From positions 434,001-498,000 of the forward strand of contig JBBPEB010000032.1 in NCBI GenBank assembly GCA_039096225.1: 64,000 nt of DNA, in the 5' to 3' direction. Under the pieces are notes generated by a model. The model was not told where the DNA came from. It did no database searches and saw only the letters and a list, made by a program, of their open reading frames with translations. The DNA comes from Blastocystis sp. Blastoise. Lineage: Eukaryota; Protista; Bigyra: Opalinata. Both the position numbers and the translations under genes were made by a program. Position 1 is the stretch's first letter; every line of letters begins with the position of its first letter. Shown piece by piece: positions 41,201 through 56,588 of this stretch.

Positions 41201-44200
41201 TAATTTTATTCATATCTAAAACAGCATCACAACCAGAAACAACAACATTACGAACTGACCATTTAACATTAGATTCAGAAGGATTACAAATTAAATTAAA
41301 TGATTGATTTATCTTCATATTCTCTTTATTTTCAATATTACAAGTAAATTCAGGATCTTTATAATCAACAGCAAATGATAAAGACATTAAAGAAGCAGGT
41401 AAATTCCAAGCACTTAAAATATATCCTTCAGGAATAGTAATAGAACAATCATAATCATTAGCATAAGTAATTAAACTAATAACAAATATATTATTATTTT
41501 CAACAGAACCTTCAGCTTGACTACAACCACCATAACTATCAATATATAATAAATCATCTAAAGTAATAGGTGTATTAAAAGGTATACGAAGTAATATAGT
41601 AGTAGAAGGAGCATATAAAGTAGTAGGTAATGCAGAAGTATCTGAAGGTAAAGGTCTAGATGTCTTTATAGTAAATTCAAATGTATAACGAGTATTAAAT
41701 CCACCTTGTTTATTTTCAGCTACACCTTCATTAATAATAACACTAATTAATCCATCAATAATACTAGTACCACTAACTTGATAACTACATAAACCAATAG
41801 ATCTTAATACAATATTAGCATTAGAAACACTTATAGTAGCTTGAGATAATGTCATACTAGTACATTCATTAGCAGTTATAGTAAAGATAAATGAACGAGT
41901 ATTAACATATATAGTATCTTCAGTTTCAATACTATTTTCTATACTATGAGTAATAATAGGACCATAAGCAGCAAAATATACATAAGCTTTAGTACTAGGA
42001 GAATTATTAATATTACCTAAATAATCAATTAAATTAATCATAGTAATTTCAGTTATACCACGTTGAGTACATTCAATAGAAACAGTAAAAGATAATTTAT
42101 TCTCACTAAGAGTAGGTATAAAAGTACATTCATTATCTTTAGCAACAAAATTCTTATTAGTTAAAGCTAATAAAGGACGGGTAAAAGTACCTGATAAAGT
42201 AGTAGTAGTTAATACTTCACATTGAGAATCTAAAGTATAATCAGTATTTGTACATGTAGTAAACATAGGTATACTTTGTACAAATGAAAATACTATAGTT
42301 AATTTATTTGTAGTACCATAATTCTTATTACCATAAGCATCGACAACGCATTCATCCTTTAAACCAATACGAACAGTATCAGTAATAGCATTTAAATTAC
42401 TAAAAGTAAATACACCAGTATTAAAGTTTGTAGAAGTAGCACTATTATCAGCAGTAATAGAAATCCAATTTGTATTACCACTAGTAGTTGATATATCAAA
42501 ACAACTATTACTAAATCCATAAATAGTAGTATCAAAAGATACAATTACTTTAATATTTACATTAGAACCACCAACAGTAATACTATCTTTATTAGTATAT
42601 TCAGTATTTGAGAATTTTAATGAAGATACAGGACGATCACCATAAACAGTAACTTGACTTGAACGTTCAATAGATTCATTACCAGCATAATCTTTAGCAG
42701 CACCAGCTTTAATACTATAATTAACTACACCACTATCAAATTCACAAGTAGCTATATAATTTAAGATATTTTCTTGTTGTTCTACAATAACAGTACAAGT
42801 ATTACTTAAAATAGATGGTTTACTAGTATCTTGTCTTGTAGCAACAAAATAAGAACTAGGTTCATTACTACCAGCAACACAATTAGTAAATGAAGTAGTA
42901 ATAACAAAAGAATGAGAAGGAGTAACAGGTTCTACAGTGAAAGTAGAAGTGGGTCTCCATTGATCAAAAGTAATATAAGTAGTAAAAGCATTATTGGATT
43001 TCTTATCACCAGTACAAAAATGAGATTTAACAGTAAAAGCCATATCTTGATATAAATCATAATTAGGATTCATAGGTATAATAAAAGTAATAGGACAAAT
43101 AAAAGTAACACTCTTATCTTCAGTATTTGTATTTTCTACTTGTTGACAAAGATCTATAGAAGCTTGAGAAGTAGGATAATTAATTTGATTATAAGTAAAT
43201 TGTTGATAATTAGTACATTTATCTTTATCACTAATAGTAACAGTTAACATAGTAGTAAGTTCAGCAGTATAACGTATAGGGAAAGAAAGATTAATAGAAG
43301 GTCCTTCAGTATATATACCACGACTTAAAGTATTACTATGTATATTACCATTACCAGCTTCATCATATATACTATTATCAGGGAACATAATATCCATAAC
43401 AGAATTATGTATTAAATCTTTAGTAAAAGTAATAGTAATAGTATATGAAAGTTTATCTTCAGAAGGTATAGTAGAAACAACATTAAAAGGATAAATTTCA
43501 TTATCAATCTTACATTCTACTAAACTAGCATCAAAATTAACTAATTTAGAAACTTGAGCAGTAAATGTATATGTTTTACTATAAATAAAATCTTCAGTAG
43601 AATCTAACGCAATAGTAGGTTGAGTAATATCATAAGTTAATACAATAGGTAATACAGTAGCAAAACTATTATAAATAAAAGCAGCATTATTATTTGTATC
43701 AACAACTTGAACTTGAGTATTTGTATTAACAGATAATTCAATAGTATTACTTTGAATACAATCAACTAATTGAAGTTCATGAGTAAATTGATTAAGAGCT
43801 TTATAATATTGTACAGTACAACCAGTAGCAGTAATAGTACTAGTTAAAGCTTGTGCAGACTCAATAATATTACTATTACGTTTAAAAGTATGAGATTCAT
43901 CATAAGTAACAGTAACAATATAAGGTAACGTATTAAAAGAAGTTTTCATAACAGAAATAAGACCTTGAGGAGCAATATAATCAGTAGTACCTGTTATAGT
44001 CATCATTTGATTATTCTTACCATAAGCATTCATAAAACATTGAGATTTAATAGTCATAGAATATGCACCACTACCTAATAAAGTATAGATATCTACAAAA
44101 TAAGGAGTATCACTATTAATACTATATCCTAAAATAGAACAACCATTAGTACATTCAAAACATTCAGAAGGAAGAGTATTACCATAAGAGAAAGGATTTT

Positions 44201-47200
44201 GTTCTAAATGTAAAGTAAAATGAGATACTTGATAAGAAGAATAAGTTGATTGACTTATATAACTTTCAAGATTAAAATCTTCATTATTAACATAAAAAGA
44301 AGCATATCCACCAACAGTATTATATAAGAATAAATTTTGATAAGTACCAGGATATAAAACCATAGTATATTTACCATTAGGTAAAGAATTTACAGCTTGT
44401 AAACGAATAGTAATAGATTCACTACCAACAGTACTATAAGAAGTAATAGGTATTTGAGCAAAAGTATTTGTATCATATAATTCTACTTTAGCCGATTTAT
44501 ATACAAGTCCTTTAGAAACAGTATATTTAATTTGAATAGTATTACTGCCATCATTATTAAATAAAGTAGAAACAATACCATTAGATAATAATAAAGTTTG
44601 AATAGGAATAGTAGTAGCAGTAACAGGAATAGATAATGCTTCAAGTTCATAACCTTCATTATTAGCACAGAAATTTTCATCTAAAACAATAGAACTATCA
44701 CTAGTTTCTAAATAAATAGCATATTTAATATAATTAGTATCTCTTTCAAGAGGATATATAGAACCATCATTAGTATTTAATAAATGAGGTTCTTGCCATT
44801 CACAAGAAATAGTAGATTGAACATTTAATATACATATATTAGAATTATCATAAGCACAATCAATAGAATAACTAAAAAGATTTTCAGGAGTAATACTAAC
44901 ATATTTATCAGCAACTATAAGATAACTATTATATACATAACTAGAAGAAGCACCATCTACACTAGTATAAGTAGAAGTATAGAAGAAAGCACTAGGTAAA
45001 GCTACAAGACGAACATTACCTTTAAAGTTATCAGGTAAAGTAACAGTAATAGTAAATGAATTATCAACTTTCTTTATAAGAATATTATCAAAAGTAGTTT
45101 GAGTTTCAGTATTAATAACAGATATATATTTATTATTTTTACCAAATCCACTAGAATAAGGATATTCATATTGAATAGTAAATATAACTTTATTATCAGT
45201 ATATATAGAAGTAACTTGATAATTTAAAGGATTATCAATAAAATTAGCATCAGAAGGACCAAAACGAGTAATAGAAGAAGTTTTCCAATAAGTATAACTA
45301 GTAATCATTTTTTGTAAAGTATAAGAAGTTAATACAGAACGAGTAAAAGTAGTTGTATCAATAGCAGCATATAATCTATTATAAGGAACTTGATTTGAAC
45401 CTAAAGCAACATGCATACCATTAATTTGTAAACTAGTAGGTAATAAAGAAGTAGTAGAACGAATAGCAGAAGTATTACCTTCATAAACCCATGTACTAGC
45501 ACCCCAATATATACCAAATAAAAATGTACGATTTATACTATCATAAGTACTATCAATATCTTGATTATCCGTAACATATATAAATAAATTATCCGATTGT
45601 TCTAAGAAGAATTCACCATGAACTAATTTAAAATAAACAGTACGTTCAGGTTGATCTTTACCATCTTCAGTTAAATCAGTTTGTTTCCAATTTAATATAG
45701 AACCATAACCAGCAATAGTATTAAAAGAATCATATCTTAAAACACCTTCTTTTTCAGCTTCTAAAAATCCATTATTTTCACCTAACCAACTACGATCAGT
45801 AACATAAAATACATTCCAAGCATATACGGTACGTGTAAAGATAACATCAAATTCTTGTAATTTAAGAGAAGGAGTAGCAGGATTATGGCTATTAACACGA
45901 GATATTAATATATCACCAGGTACAAAGGCAGGATCATAACTTAAATAAATACCATATTGAGTATGATTAAAAGTATCAAAAGAATTAGTGAAATCATCAC
46001 ATACTATTTTATCTACATTTACATAGAAGAAATAACTATCAATACTAGGAATAATAACAAAGATATTCCAAACATTCTTTTCATAATCATATATAGAATT
46101 AACATATTCAAGAGTAGTTTCGATATTATCAGCAATATGACAACTACTAATATTATAATTATTATAAGCTTCAATAGTAATAGTAGCATCCTGTTCAGGA
46201 GAACGATAGAAAGTATATCCACCCTTTAAATCAGGATAAGTATAACTAGTATAATTAGCATTAATTAATAATAATACTTCTTCTTTAACTAATTGTACAG
46301 TTAATGTAGAAGCAGGTATAATATAATCACCAGCATAAGAAATAATAGCTTGTTCTTTTAATTCAACAGTATAAGAACCAGTTTGATATCCAATAATCTT
46401 ATAATAAACTTTAGTACTATATTCAGATTCAGCATAGAAATCTTGTTTATCATAAAGAATTTCACCATTAGAAGGAGTATTAAATTGAATAGCATTATTA
46501 GTATTTATAATCTTAACAGGTTGACTAAAAGTTAATATAGCATAAGCACAACCAGCACCACAAGAAGAACTACTAAATTTATATGTAGGAACATTACTAA
46601 CTAAAATAGAAAGATGATCTATAGAAGGTTGATACGCAGTACATTTATAATTAGTATAACCAACAAATTTTAATATAGCAGGATATAATACATTATCAAC
46701 AACTAAAGAAATAGTAGTTTTTCCGTTACCCTTATGTTCAAAAGCAGTAATCTTTGTGTTAATACCATAGAAAGAAGAAAGATCAACGACACAATCAGCA
46801 TTAGTGGAATCTATATCTATAGTAGCAGTATTCTGAGAAGCATAAATAAAAGGAGTATTCCAAAAAGGAATAGTAGCTGATTCCCCAGTAGTCGTATCTA
46901 TAGATAGGGGAGTTTTAATAGTATTTATAGTATAGGGGTTATAGATATAGTTGTATATAAATAATATAATATAAATAACATAATATAATATAAAATAACA
47001 TAATATAATAAAAATAACATAATATAAAATAACATAATATTAAAAAAATAACATAATATAAAATTTTAAAAAACGAAAAATAAAATACCTTCTAAAGTAA
47101 CAGTAACTGTAGTTTCAGAATTTTGATAATTATTCCAATAACTATTAAAGATGCCTTGTTTAGCAGTAACAGTAAATGTTTCATAATCACCAATAGATTG

Positions 47201-48062
47201 TATATCAAAAATATACTTATTCTCACTATAAAATTTTATTAAATATACAAATATTATATAAATTTTAATATTAAAAAAAAACATTTATAAAGAATATAAT
47301 TATAAAAATCATTTATATATATATATCAAACAAAATAGAATTAAATAAAATTCTATATATTAACATACCTGACAGTCATAGAGATAGGTATCATATTAGC
47401 ATTATTAATAGTAATAATTTTAGATACATCCGAGAAAGGTCCCATAATAGGAATACCTCCACTAAGAGTAAGTTTAGCTCTACCAACTATAGGTATGCCT
47501 TCTAATACAGCAGTAATATCCATAGAAGGATTACAAAGATCTATAAAGATATATCATAATTATATAAACTATTCAAATATAATACTATTTAAATATATAT
47601 ATATATATAGAATATGAATCATAGTAATATATTATAAATTCTTTTTAATTATATTAATTAAAAACATATGCATACAATCGAAAGAGGCAGTAATTTCTTT
47701 ATTTCCATCAACACCATGGAAGAAAGTATTTTCTTTCACAAGAAGAGAAAATCTTCCAGAGACAGGAATAAAAGGACGAGTAATCATGATACTGACTTTA
47801 TTATCTTCTTCAATAGTAGAAATAGCACCATCACTGACAAAAATATTTCTTTCAGAAGTGGCAGTATTCTTAGATACCTTAAAATCAAATTCTAAGGTAA
47901 ATCTGATATCACTTTGACAATATTGAGATTCAGAGGGAAGAGTTAAGGTCTTCACATCAAATGATTCCCCGTTAATAGCAATAATTTGAATAAATAATAA
48001 TACCAACTATAAACTCATATATATTGAACGTTTATATAACATACAAATATAAATTGCTTCAT
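35256..48062 (-). CDS. Giant (~4,100 aa) secreted/surface protein with tandem Ig-like repeats, FN3 domains and a Cys-rich tail
   Basis: Signal peptide MKQFIFLVLLFIQIIAING. Exons 48062-48045, 48006-47676, 47540-47369, 47225-47089 and 46897-35256 join in frame. Recurrent DxxGN and D..P beta-rich repeats, FN3 motifs (LIPNTEY, LLPNTEY), and a C-terminal CECFTTETKCECWCG. Confidence 0.85.
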
Positions 48063-48956
48063 TTTTTAAGAATCAAAAATGGAAAAATAAGTAAGAATTA
48101 AACAACCGAAATAAAAAGAAAAAAAGCCCTTTCATTTGTAATCAGTTTTCTATAATTAGCATATTGCATTTCGATCACTAAACAGTCCTTCTTTTCCAGA
48201 AAGAACAAATCTCCGCGATTATTCATTCATAATTCTTAGTGCACCATCCGAAGAAATTCCCACATTTATTTTTTAAATTTTAAAGGATTTGAAAGAATTT
48301 CCCAGTTTAAAAAAAACGAGTATTTGGTATGTTTCTGTATTTTGTATTTATCTTCCAAATCAAATACTATTTTGACTGAATTTGTGATTGTTCATATATC
48401 TGGTATTAGTTAGAATAAATATATATAAAGAAAACATAAGAAATGGTCTCCATAAGAAAATTGTTTTTCACTTTTTTTAACTATTATAATCAATTCTTTT
48501 ATATTGTGGGAATTTAAAATAAAATAAATGATGGGATTCGATCAATTTGACTCTAAACGAAATCAACCATGATATATGTTTAATACTTTTTGATATAATT
48601 TATTGTTCTACACAACTGTATAGAACTTTCTGAAATAGAATTAAATAAAAATATATTATTCAAAAAGAAATGAATGTTTTAATGAAGTCTACATCTTGAT
48701 TTAGAATAGTATATTTGCTTTTTTTATATATTTTATAGAATAAATAAAAATAAATATAATAAAAATAGCATCTAATACATATTAGAAGACAACCTATAAA
48801 TAAAATATGGAAATATTTGAAAATGAAGGGAAATAACCGATAGAAACATAGGGAAATAGCGATTCTTCAGAGCCAACAAACCCATTTCATGAATTTCTTT
48901 TTCCACAAAAAAATTATCATTAATAAGAAGTTTGTTTATTTTTTAAATAACTAGCA

Positions 48957-50409
48957 ATGAGTACTTGGGGTTCTAATCAAGGAAAGCCTATGGTATGTGC
49001 ATAGGATAAACTATTTTTTTTGAATAGCTTTTTTCATAATCTTATGTTGACAATTTCTAAATGTTGTTATTCTGTAGACTATGGCTCAAATGTTAAAGAG
49101 TAAGAATGATGCTGCTGAAGCTAAGAAAGCTGCTGATAAGAAAGCTCAAGAAAACAAAAAGAAGACTCAAAAGGTCGAAGTTCCTGAAGTAGCTAAGATT
49201 CAAATCACTAAGGATTATCCTAACTTTGTTATTAATGCCTTAAATGTCAAGCGTTTCTCTGTTAAAGATATTTATGCTTTACGTACCCAATTCACTGATC
49301 TTCCTGAAGGTCTTACTCTTGGTGACAATAATATTGTTATTGGTTATGAAGCTGTTTGTAAGAGTAATTCTGATTTCGAAGAAGCTGAAACTAATAAAAA
49401 CTTAAAGGCTAAGGATAAATACCTTAAGGCTATCAATGAAGTTCCTGTTGAACAATCTGAAAAGAAAACTGAATCTGAAACTGAACTTAAAGCTACTGAA
49501 AAGCCTTGGAGTGCTGAATCTTCTGATAATAGTACTATTAATGATCTTAAAGAATTAAGATCTTTATTAAATAAAGTTTCTCTTGAAAATGTTTATAAGA
49601 TTACTCCTAGTATTTTAACTATTATTCAAAAGTCTATTAATAACACTAAAGCCTTAACTGAATTATTAACTTTCTTTATTTCTAAGGCTTCTGATGATAC
49701 TTCCTTCTATATTGTTTATGGTATTATTACTAAATCTATTTATAGTGAATTATCCGTTGAAGATGCTAAGATATTTATTAACACTCTTATTAATCTTTGT
49801 CAAGTATATTTATATTATTATTCTTATGTTTATTATATTATATTATTATTATGTTATTATATTATATTATATTATTATTATATTATTTTATAGGCTTCTT
49901 ATGAGAAATATAATAATGTTGCCCTTAGTGCTGCTGGTAGTTATTTACCTGATGAAATTCAAAATAATAAGAGTATGAGAAGAGGTTTAGTTCGTTATAT
50001 CGGTGAATTATATGTAAATAATTTAATTAGTACTCCTGTTGTTAAGTTTATGATCAATGATTTAGGTTATAGATATATTGATGATGAAGATTCTGTAGAA
50101 TGTTTATTACAATTCTTACAAATTGTTGCTCCAGTTTTTGATGTTGATAAGAAGAAGAGAGTTTATATGAATGGTGTATTTAAAGCTTTATTAAGTTGGG
50201 AACATAAACGTGAATTATCTTCTAGACTTATTTATTTATTAAGAGCTATTCGTGATTTAAGAGGAAAGGAATGGAAAAATAAAGATGAACTTTATTCTGA
50301 AAAAGATCTTGAATTAGTTGAGTATATATATGTTATTTTTATTATTATTTTTATTTTTTTATTATTGTTTTATTATTATTATTTTTATTTTTATTTTTAT
50401 TATTATTAT

Positions 50410-50447
<38 letters not shown>

Positions 50448-51217
50448 CTTTATTTACTATATATATAATAACAATTAAAAAATGACTATTAATTTACATA
50501 TAATATAGTTCTGATGAAGAAGGTTGGGAATCTGTAGAAACAGTAAAGAAAGAAAAGACTCAAAAGAAACATGCTAAGAAACAACGTAAAGAAAAGAAAG
50601 ATATAAAAGAGAAATCTCAAGAAGAAGTAGATCCTGAAGTTCTTGCTTTACGTTCTTTCTGGATTGATTTAGTTGCTGATCGTATGATTGATATGGCTAT
50701 TGTTTCTTTATCTTCTATGGATGATGAAACTAAAGTTAAATTAGTTGCTTCTCTTATTCGTACTATTCCTGCTAGATCTGAATATGAACAAAAAGCTGTT
50801 TATCCTTTAATTTCTGAATTAATTACTGATGAAGGTCTTACTAAAGAAATTGTTAAAACTGGTCTTCTTGCTTGTATTGCTGATTATTCTGATGTTAGAC
50901 GTAAAGAACATGCTTATTTACCTATTTATTTCTCTAGAATGTTCTTACAATTCTTTATAGATGGTACTCTTTCTTTTGAAGATATCTTTGAAAACTGGAA
51001 ATCTTCAGATGATAATGCTATTTATTTATTAGAATTATTAACTACTTTACTTAAAGATATTAAAGCTACTAATCCTACTCTTTTTAACATCATTGTCTCT
51101 AAGAAACTTCTTACTATTAAATCTATTTTCGGTAGTAATTATACTGAAATCTACATCAGTCGTATGCTTGAAAAGTTCGGATATACTTCTAAATGTGGAG
51201 TTCTTAATCTTAATTAA
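48957..51217 (+). CDS. Short eIF4G/eIF(iso)4G-like protein (MIF4G + MA3), 4 exons
   Basis: LRSLLNKVS, GLVRYIGELY, DEDSVECLLQFL, LSSRLIYLL, DEEGWESV, then a C-terminal MA3-like domain. Strong high-expression codon bias. Confidence 0.85.
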
Positions 51218-51383
51218 ATTAAATTCTCATTTATTTTTATTATTCTGAAAATCTAATCATTAATAATCATTATTAGTTTTAGTTTGCTTTGTTTGTTTTT
51301 TTATATTTAATTTTCAATTTCATCACTGTTCTAAAAAACAAAACAATCTTTAGTCTTTAATATATATACATATTTTTTAATTT

Positions 51384-51974
51384 CTATTCCTTTTTAAGTA
51401 ACATCATATATAACTGCGCTATATCTTGAGGTAAATAATAATTAATTGAACGAATCATAGTCGTGATGATTTGATATTCTTCTTCTAATTTGTATACTGA
51501 TGAAGATAAACGACGTATTGAAGGCTCATATGTCACATAATCATCTAAGATAATTGCTGAATTTTCTTCTATAAACATTTTTTATTACTTATCATAAATT
51601 AATATAATGAAATAATATGTAATAGAATAAATAGAAATCAACTTACTTAACTGATTCTCACATTGTTGTTTTATTAAATAAATTTTAGATATTAATTTAT
51701 CAAATTCTATCTTTAACTCATTTGATTTCAATATTATTTCATCACATCGTTTATATAATTGAGAAATATCCTCATTTAATTGGTGTTTTTCAAATAATTC
51801 AGAAGATTTTATATTTGTATCATCATTTTGTGCTTGAATTGGAGACCATACTGACAAAGAAGAATATAAATATTGTTTATTGATATTCCAATCACACTCT
51901 ATCGAGTCAATTTCTAATTCAATATCATCTATAAAGTATTCTTTATCAAACTGAACAATGATTTCTTCTGACAT
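51384..51974 (-). CDS. Hypothetical coiled-coil protein, 2 exons
   Basis: Two ORFs joined in frame by a GTAAGT...TATAG intron. Confidence 0.5.
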
Positions 51975-52563
51975 GAAAGATAAATGTTTTTTTGGATGTA
52001 TTAAATAATTTCGAAAATTTTTTCAAAATCTTAAATATTAATTTGTTGCTATCCCATCAATTTATTATCGATTAATTATATAAAATATTTTGTTGAGAAC
52101 TACTTGACATATAACTCACTTGTCTCATACTCTCATTTTAAGTTCATTATCTTGTTTTTGTTAATGCAGTTTTTGTCGAAAATTATGTTTGAAAGTGTTA
52201 TTTTTTTGTTACTTATATCTTAATTAGTCAACAATGTCTTATTTCCAAAAAAAAAAATCTAAGTGCATTTTGTACATACATTAAAAAAATTCAATCATTA
52301 TTCTTCTTTATTTTTGATTTTATAATTACACTATATTAAGCATCAAGAAAAAAGAAACAAAATTAAAAATGTATAAAGAAAAACAAATAAATCATCAAAG
52401 TGAATTAAAAAAAAAATAGAAACATAAAACGGAAATGAATAAATTTTTTATAAATATAAAAATGCAACACATTTATAACAACAAAAACCGAAGAGACTAG
52501 TTTTTCTATATACATATATATAATGAATATACTATAAGAAGGATACATTTGAAGAAAAATAAT

Positions 52564-52936
52564 TTATACCTTTTCACTTTCTTGTTGAGCTTTCATTTTT
52601 GCTTCTGCTTCAGCAAGCCAAGTAGCATGATTTGATTTGTTTTTAGCGAGTTCAGCTTCTAATAAAGCTATTTTATCTTTTAACGTGGAATACTTTTCAT
52701 GAATTTCACTCATTTCTGTAGCCATACTGGGATATAAAGCAGATTGTAATAATTCTAAAGGATCATTAGGTCTGGTTTCTGCATCATAAAGAGCAGTAAG
52801 ACCAGATGTTAAAGAAGACATAAAACCAGTTTGCTCTAAGTAATTCTTAAATTCTTTTTGTTTTTCACGATCATCCTAATATATAAGAGTTATGTTTTAT
52901 GTTGAGACCTACTACTGAATTTTCGTTTGGACTCAT
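52564..52936 (-). CDS. MYCBP: c-Myc-binding protein MYCBP/AMY-1 (FAP174) homologue, 2 exons
   Basis: EKQKEFKNYLEQTGFMSSLTSGLTALYDAETRPNDPLELL resembles KREQFRRYLEKSGVLDTLTKVLVALYEEPEKPNSALDFL, followed by a coiled coil. Confidence 0.8.
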
Positions 52937-53642
52937 TTTTGATTTAATATGTATTGATATAAATTGTAATAAAGGGATTCTCTATAGATTTTCAATGGAT
53001 TTTCCCGCATTTACATTGTTTTTTTGACTCAAAGAACATAATTTTTCATAAATATTTATCATTTTTGATTTCTATAGCTTGCTTTTAGATATTCGGGAAT
53101 GATTATTCGTTAAGTTGATCGAAACTGTTTTAGGTAACATAGAGAAATAATATTTTATACTTTTGCTAGGTAATTAGCATATTAGATTTGACTAACAGTC
53201 AGTTTCATTGTCTAATAAATATTTCTAGTGATAGGATAGATATGAAATTGCAAAAAACTAACTCTTTAAAACAAATAATAATAGTTGAACCTGTGTAAAG
53301 TTCATAATGAAGGCACTGTTTCGTGAAAGAAATATGTTATAATTAATGTTTATTATAATATGGCTTGCATTCAATAAAAATATAGTATTGTAATAAGTTA
53401 AAAAACACATTCAATTTCTTATAACAAAATAAGACTTTTAATATAAAAAAAAATGTAAAAACTGAATAAAGAATAGGAAAAATTTGTAAAAATAAAAAAT
53501 ATTTAGAGGTAGTATCTAGAATCATATAATAAAAGAAAAAAAAATAGAAAAATGATAAAAGCAGAAAAACAGTATATATATCAAGTAAACTTGTTATATG
53601 GGAAATAAAACAATAATGAAATTAAGGAATAATAAATTAGAA

Positions 53643-55097
53643 TCATTTGTGATGAATAGATATTACTTGAGATAATTCTTCTTCTTCTTCATCTTCTTCA
53701 ATTGTTTGTTTAGAAATTGGAATAGAATTATTATTATTATTATTATCTGAGATATTATTATTATTATAATTATCTGAGATATTATTAATATTATTATTAT
53801 TATCTACGATATTACTAATAGTATCATTTTTCTTACTACTAGCACTACTCATCTTCTTCTTCCTCATTTTCCTGCCTTTTTTATCTTTAGGAATGATAAT
53901 AATAACATCTTTCTTCTTTCCTTCTTTTTCTGTCCTTAATGAATTATCAAATATATGATTATCCATAGTATTTTGATTAATTGAATTATTTTCTTGGTTA
54001 TCTTGATTATTTATATGTCCATCTTGTTCATTATTCTCTGTTTCTCTATGAATATCTATAGTATTTTGTATATTACTTGGATTAAGTTTGTCAACTGTTT
54101 GAAGTTTTTGTTTATTCTTTAATTTATCATCAATAATATTATCAATATTATCATCAATAGTATCATCAATAATATCATCAATAGTATTCTTTAATTTATC
54201 ATCAATATTATTATCAATATTATCAATATTATCAATACTATTATCAATAGTATCATCAATAGTATCATCATTTCTCTTCTTCTTCTTCCTTAGCACCTGT
54301 TTCATATCTTGTAATATATTCATTGTATCACTATTACTATCGCTATCATTATCAAAACGATGTTTTCTCTTATATCCTGCCTGCAGCATCATTTTCTTTT
54401 TCTTAATCAATTCATTAATATCATATACCTCATCTTCCTCTTCTTCATGTTTCCTTGAATTCTTATAATGATCTCTTTTATGTTTTCTTCTCTTTTTCTT
54501 CTCTTTTATAGTAGTAGTAACATCAATAGATTCTGATCTTATTTTATTCTCCAGAGTTAATATATCACTCTCTTTTTGAGTATCACAAATTAAAGGCTTC
54601 TTCTCATAATAATAATAATAATCATCAATTTTCTCGACTTCTTCTTCATTTAAAATACTTAAAATAGCATCAATCTCATCTTCTATAGCCTTTTTATCTT
54701 TCAATGATTTATTATTACTCTTCTTTTGCAATCTATACATTCTCTTTCTTAATTTGTTCTTTATAAAATTATCATATATTACTTCATCTTCTAATTTATA
54801 AGGTACTTTATCATCATATATACGCTTACAATGATCATCACGTAAAGTATGTTTCAAATGGTAATATTTCCCGCGATTATTCTTCTCAAAGAAAGTCGAA
54901 TAAAATAAATGTTCACCTTTATCAATATCTCTATAAATATTTTTAAATTATAAATATATAAGTAAAGAGAAAATAAAGATGTATATATAGATAAATATTG
55001 ATATATTCAGAATATTATATATATATATACTCTATTGTATAACCATTATTTAATAAAATAGATCGAATATCGTTTAAAACATGCATATACTTATCTC

Positions 55098-55190
<93 letters not shown>

Positions 55191-55606
55191 TATATATATA
55201 TACTGTTGTCGTTCATAAACTAAAGGCTGAATTTCATGAATGATTTTTAATGTTTGATTCATAATTTCTTCTTCTTTCTCTTTAGATATATGATTTTCTA
55301 TATATTTCTTCTTTTCCTCTTTTTCTTTTTCTATTTCTTCTATAGATAATTCTACTCCTGGAAGCCAGAAATTACTATACCAGAATTCAGGAGGTACATA
55401 ACGTTGAAGGTATCCATTTAATATCTCTTGTTTTATATTCTGTATAGGTTCAGGATCATCAATAGAATCGAAAAATGAACGGTTTTCTGGAGAAGGAATA
55501 GTATTCCCTATACGACCTAAATAATCAGTAAACTGCTCTACTTTTTGAGCAGTTCTTCTTTCTAATTTAGAAAAACCATTATTATTATTATTATTATTAT
55601 TATTAA

Positions 55607-55671
<65 letters not shown>

Positions 55672-56556
55672 GTATCTAAAATGTTTTCTTTTAGAGATTG
55701 AATATCCTTATTCACTTCATCATTCTTATCATGAAGCAATTCATCTTCATCTTTCTCTATATCTATATTATTATCTTTCGCTCTACTATTTTCTATATCT
55801 ATATCTATAGTATCATTCTTCTTTTCTTCTTCAACTATTAAACTATTCATTTTCTTTCTTTTTTCTTTCTCTTCTTCTTCTAAAGCTAACAACCGTTTTT
55901 GAATAGATATTCTTTCAGTTTTATTATTATTATTTGTTAAAGAATCAACAGTATTACTTATAGATATGGAATTCGTATTTATAGGATCATCACCGTGGTT
56001 ATTTTCCAATAATAATGTATGTACTGGATTCTCTAAACACAGTGGTATATCTACTGTTTTCAATGGAATACCTATATATATATATGTATATATATATAGT
56101 TATATAAAAGAGTGTATATATAATACCATATTCATAAGCATGCCCTGTTTGTATTTCATTTGTTGGTGATAATAAGATAGACTAATATATTATTTATAAT
56201 TATATAAAATATAATTCATATATACATGAAATATCTTCTTATAGTTTGACTTTTCATTTGAAATATCATTATTTTCTTTAGAATCTAAATTCATTTCATT
56301 TTCTTCCTTTATTTCTGTAGCTATCTCGTTATTATTCTGATTATTATTTGTTGTTTGATGTAAATATGAGAGAAGAGGAAGAGAATCAATATCTTGAGAG
56401 AATAAAGAAAAGGCTTGTTGAGAAGACTGTGTAAGGATGGTTGAGGACTCTGGAGATAGAGGAGGAGGAAGTGGAGATAGAGAAGGAGAAGGAGGTGTCT
56501 CAAGAGACACTAAATGAACTATATTATTATAGTAGATATTATTATTATAGAAGATA

Positions 56557-56588
<32 letters not shown>

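Noticed and set aside
39986-46229. Short Leu/Ile-rich ORFs overlapping the giant gene
   Set aside because: Alternate-frame shadows caused by the strong NNT codon bias.
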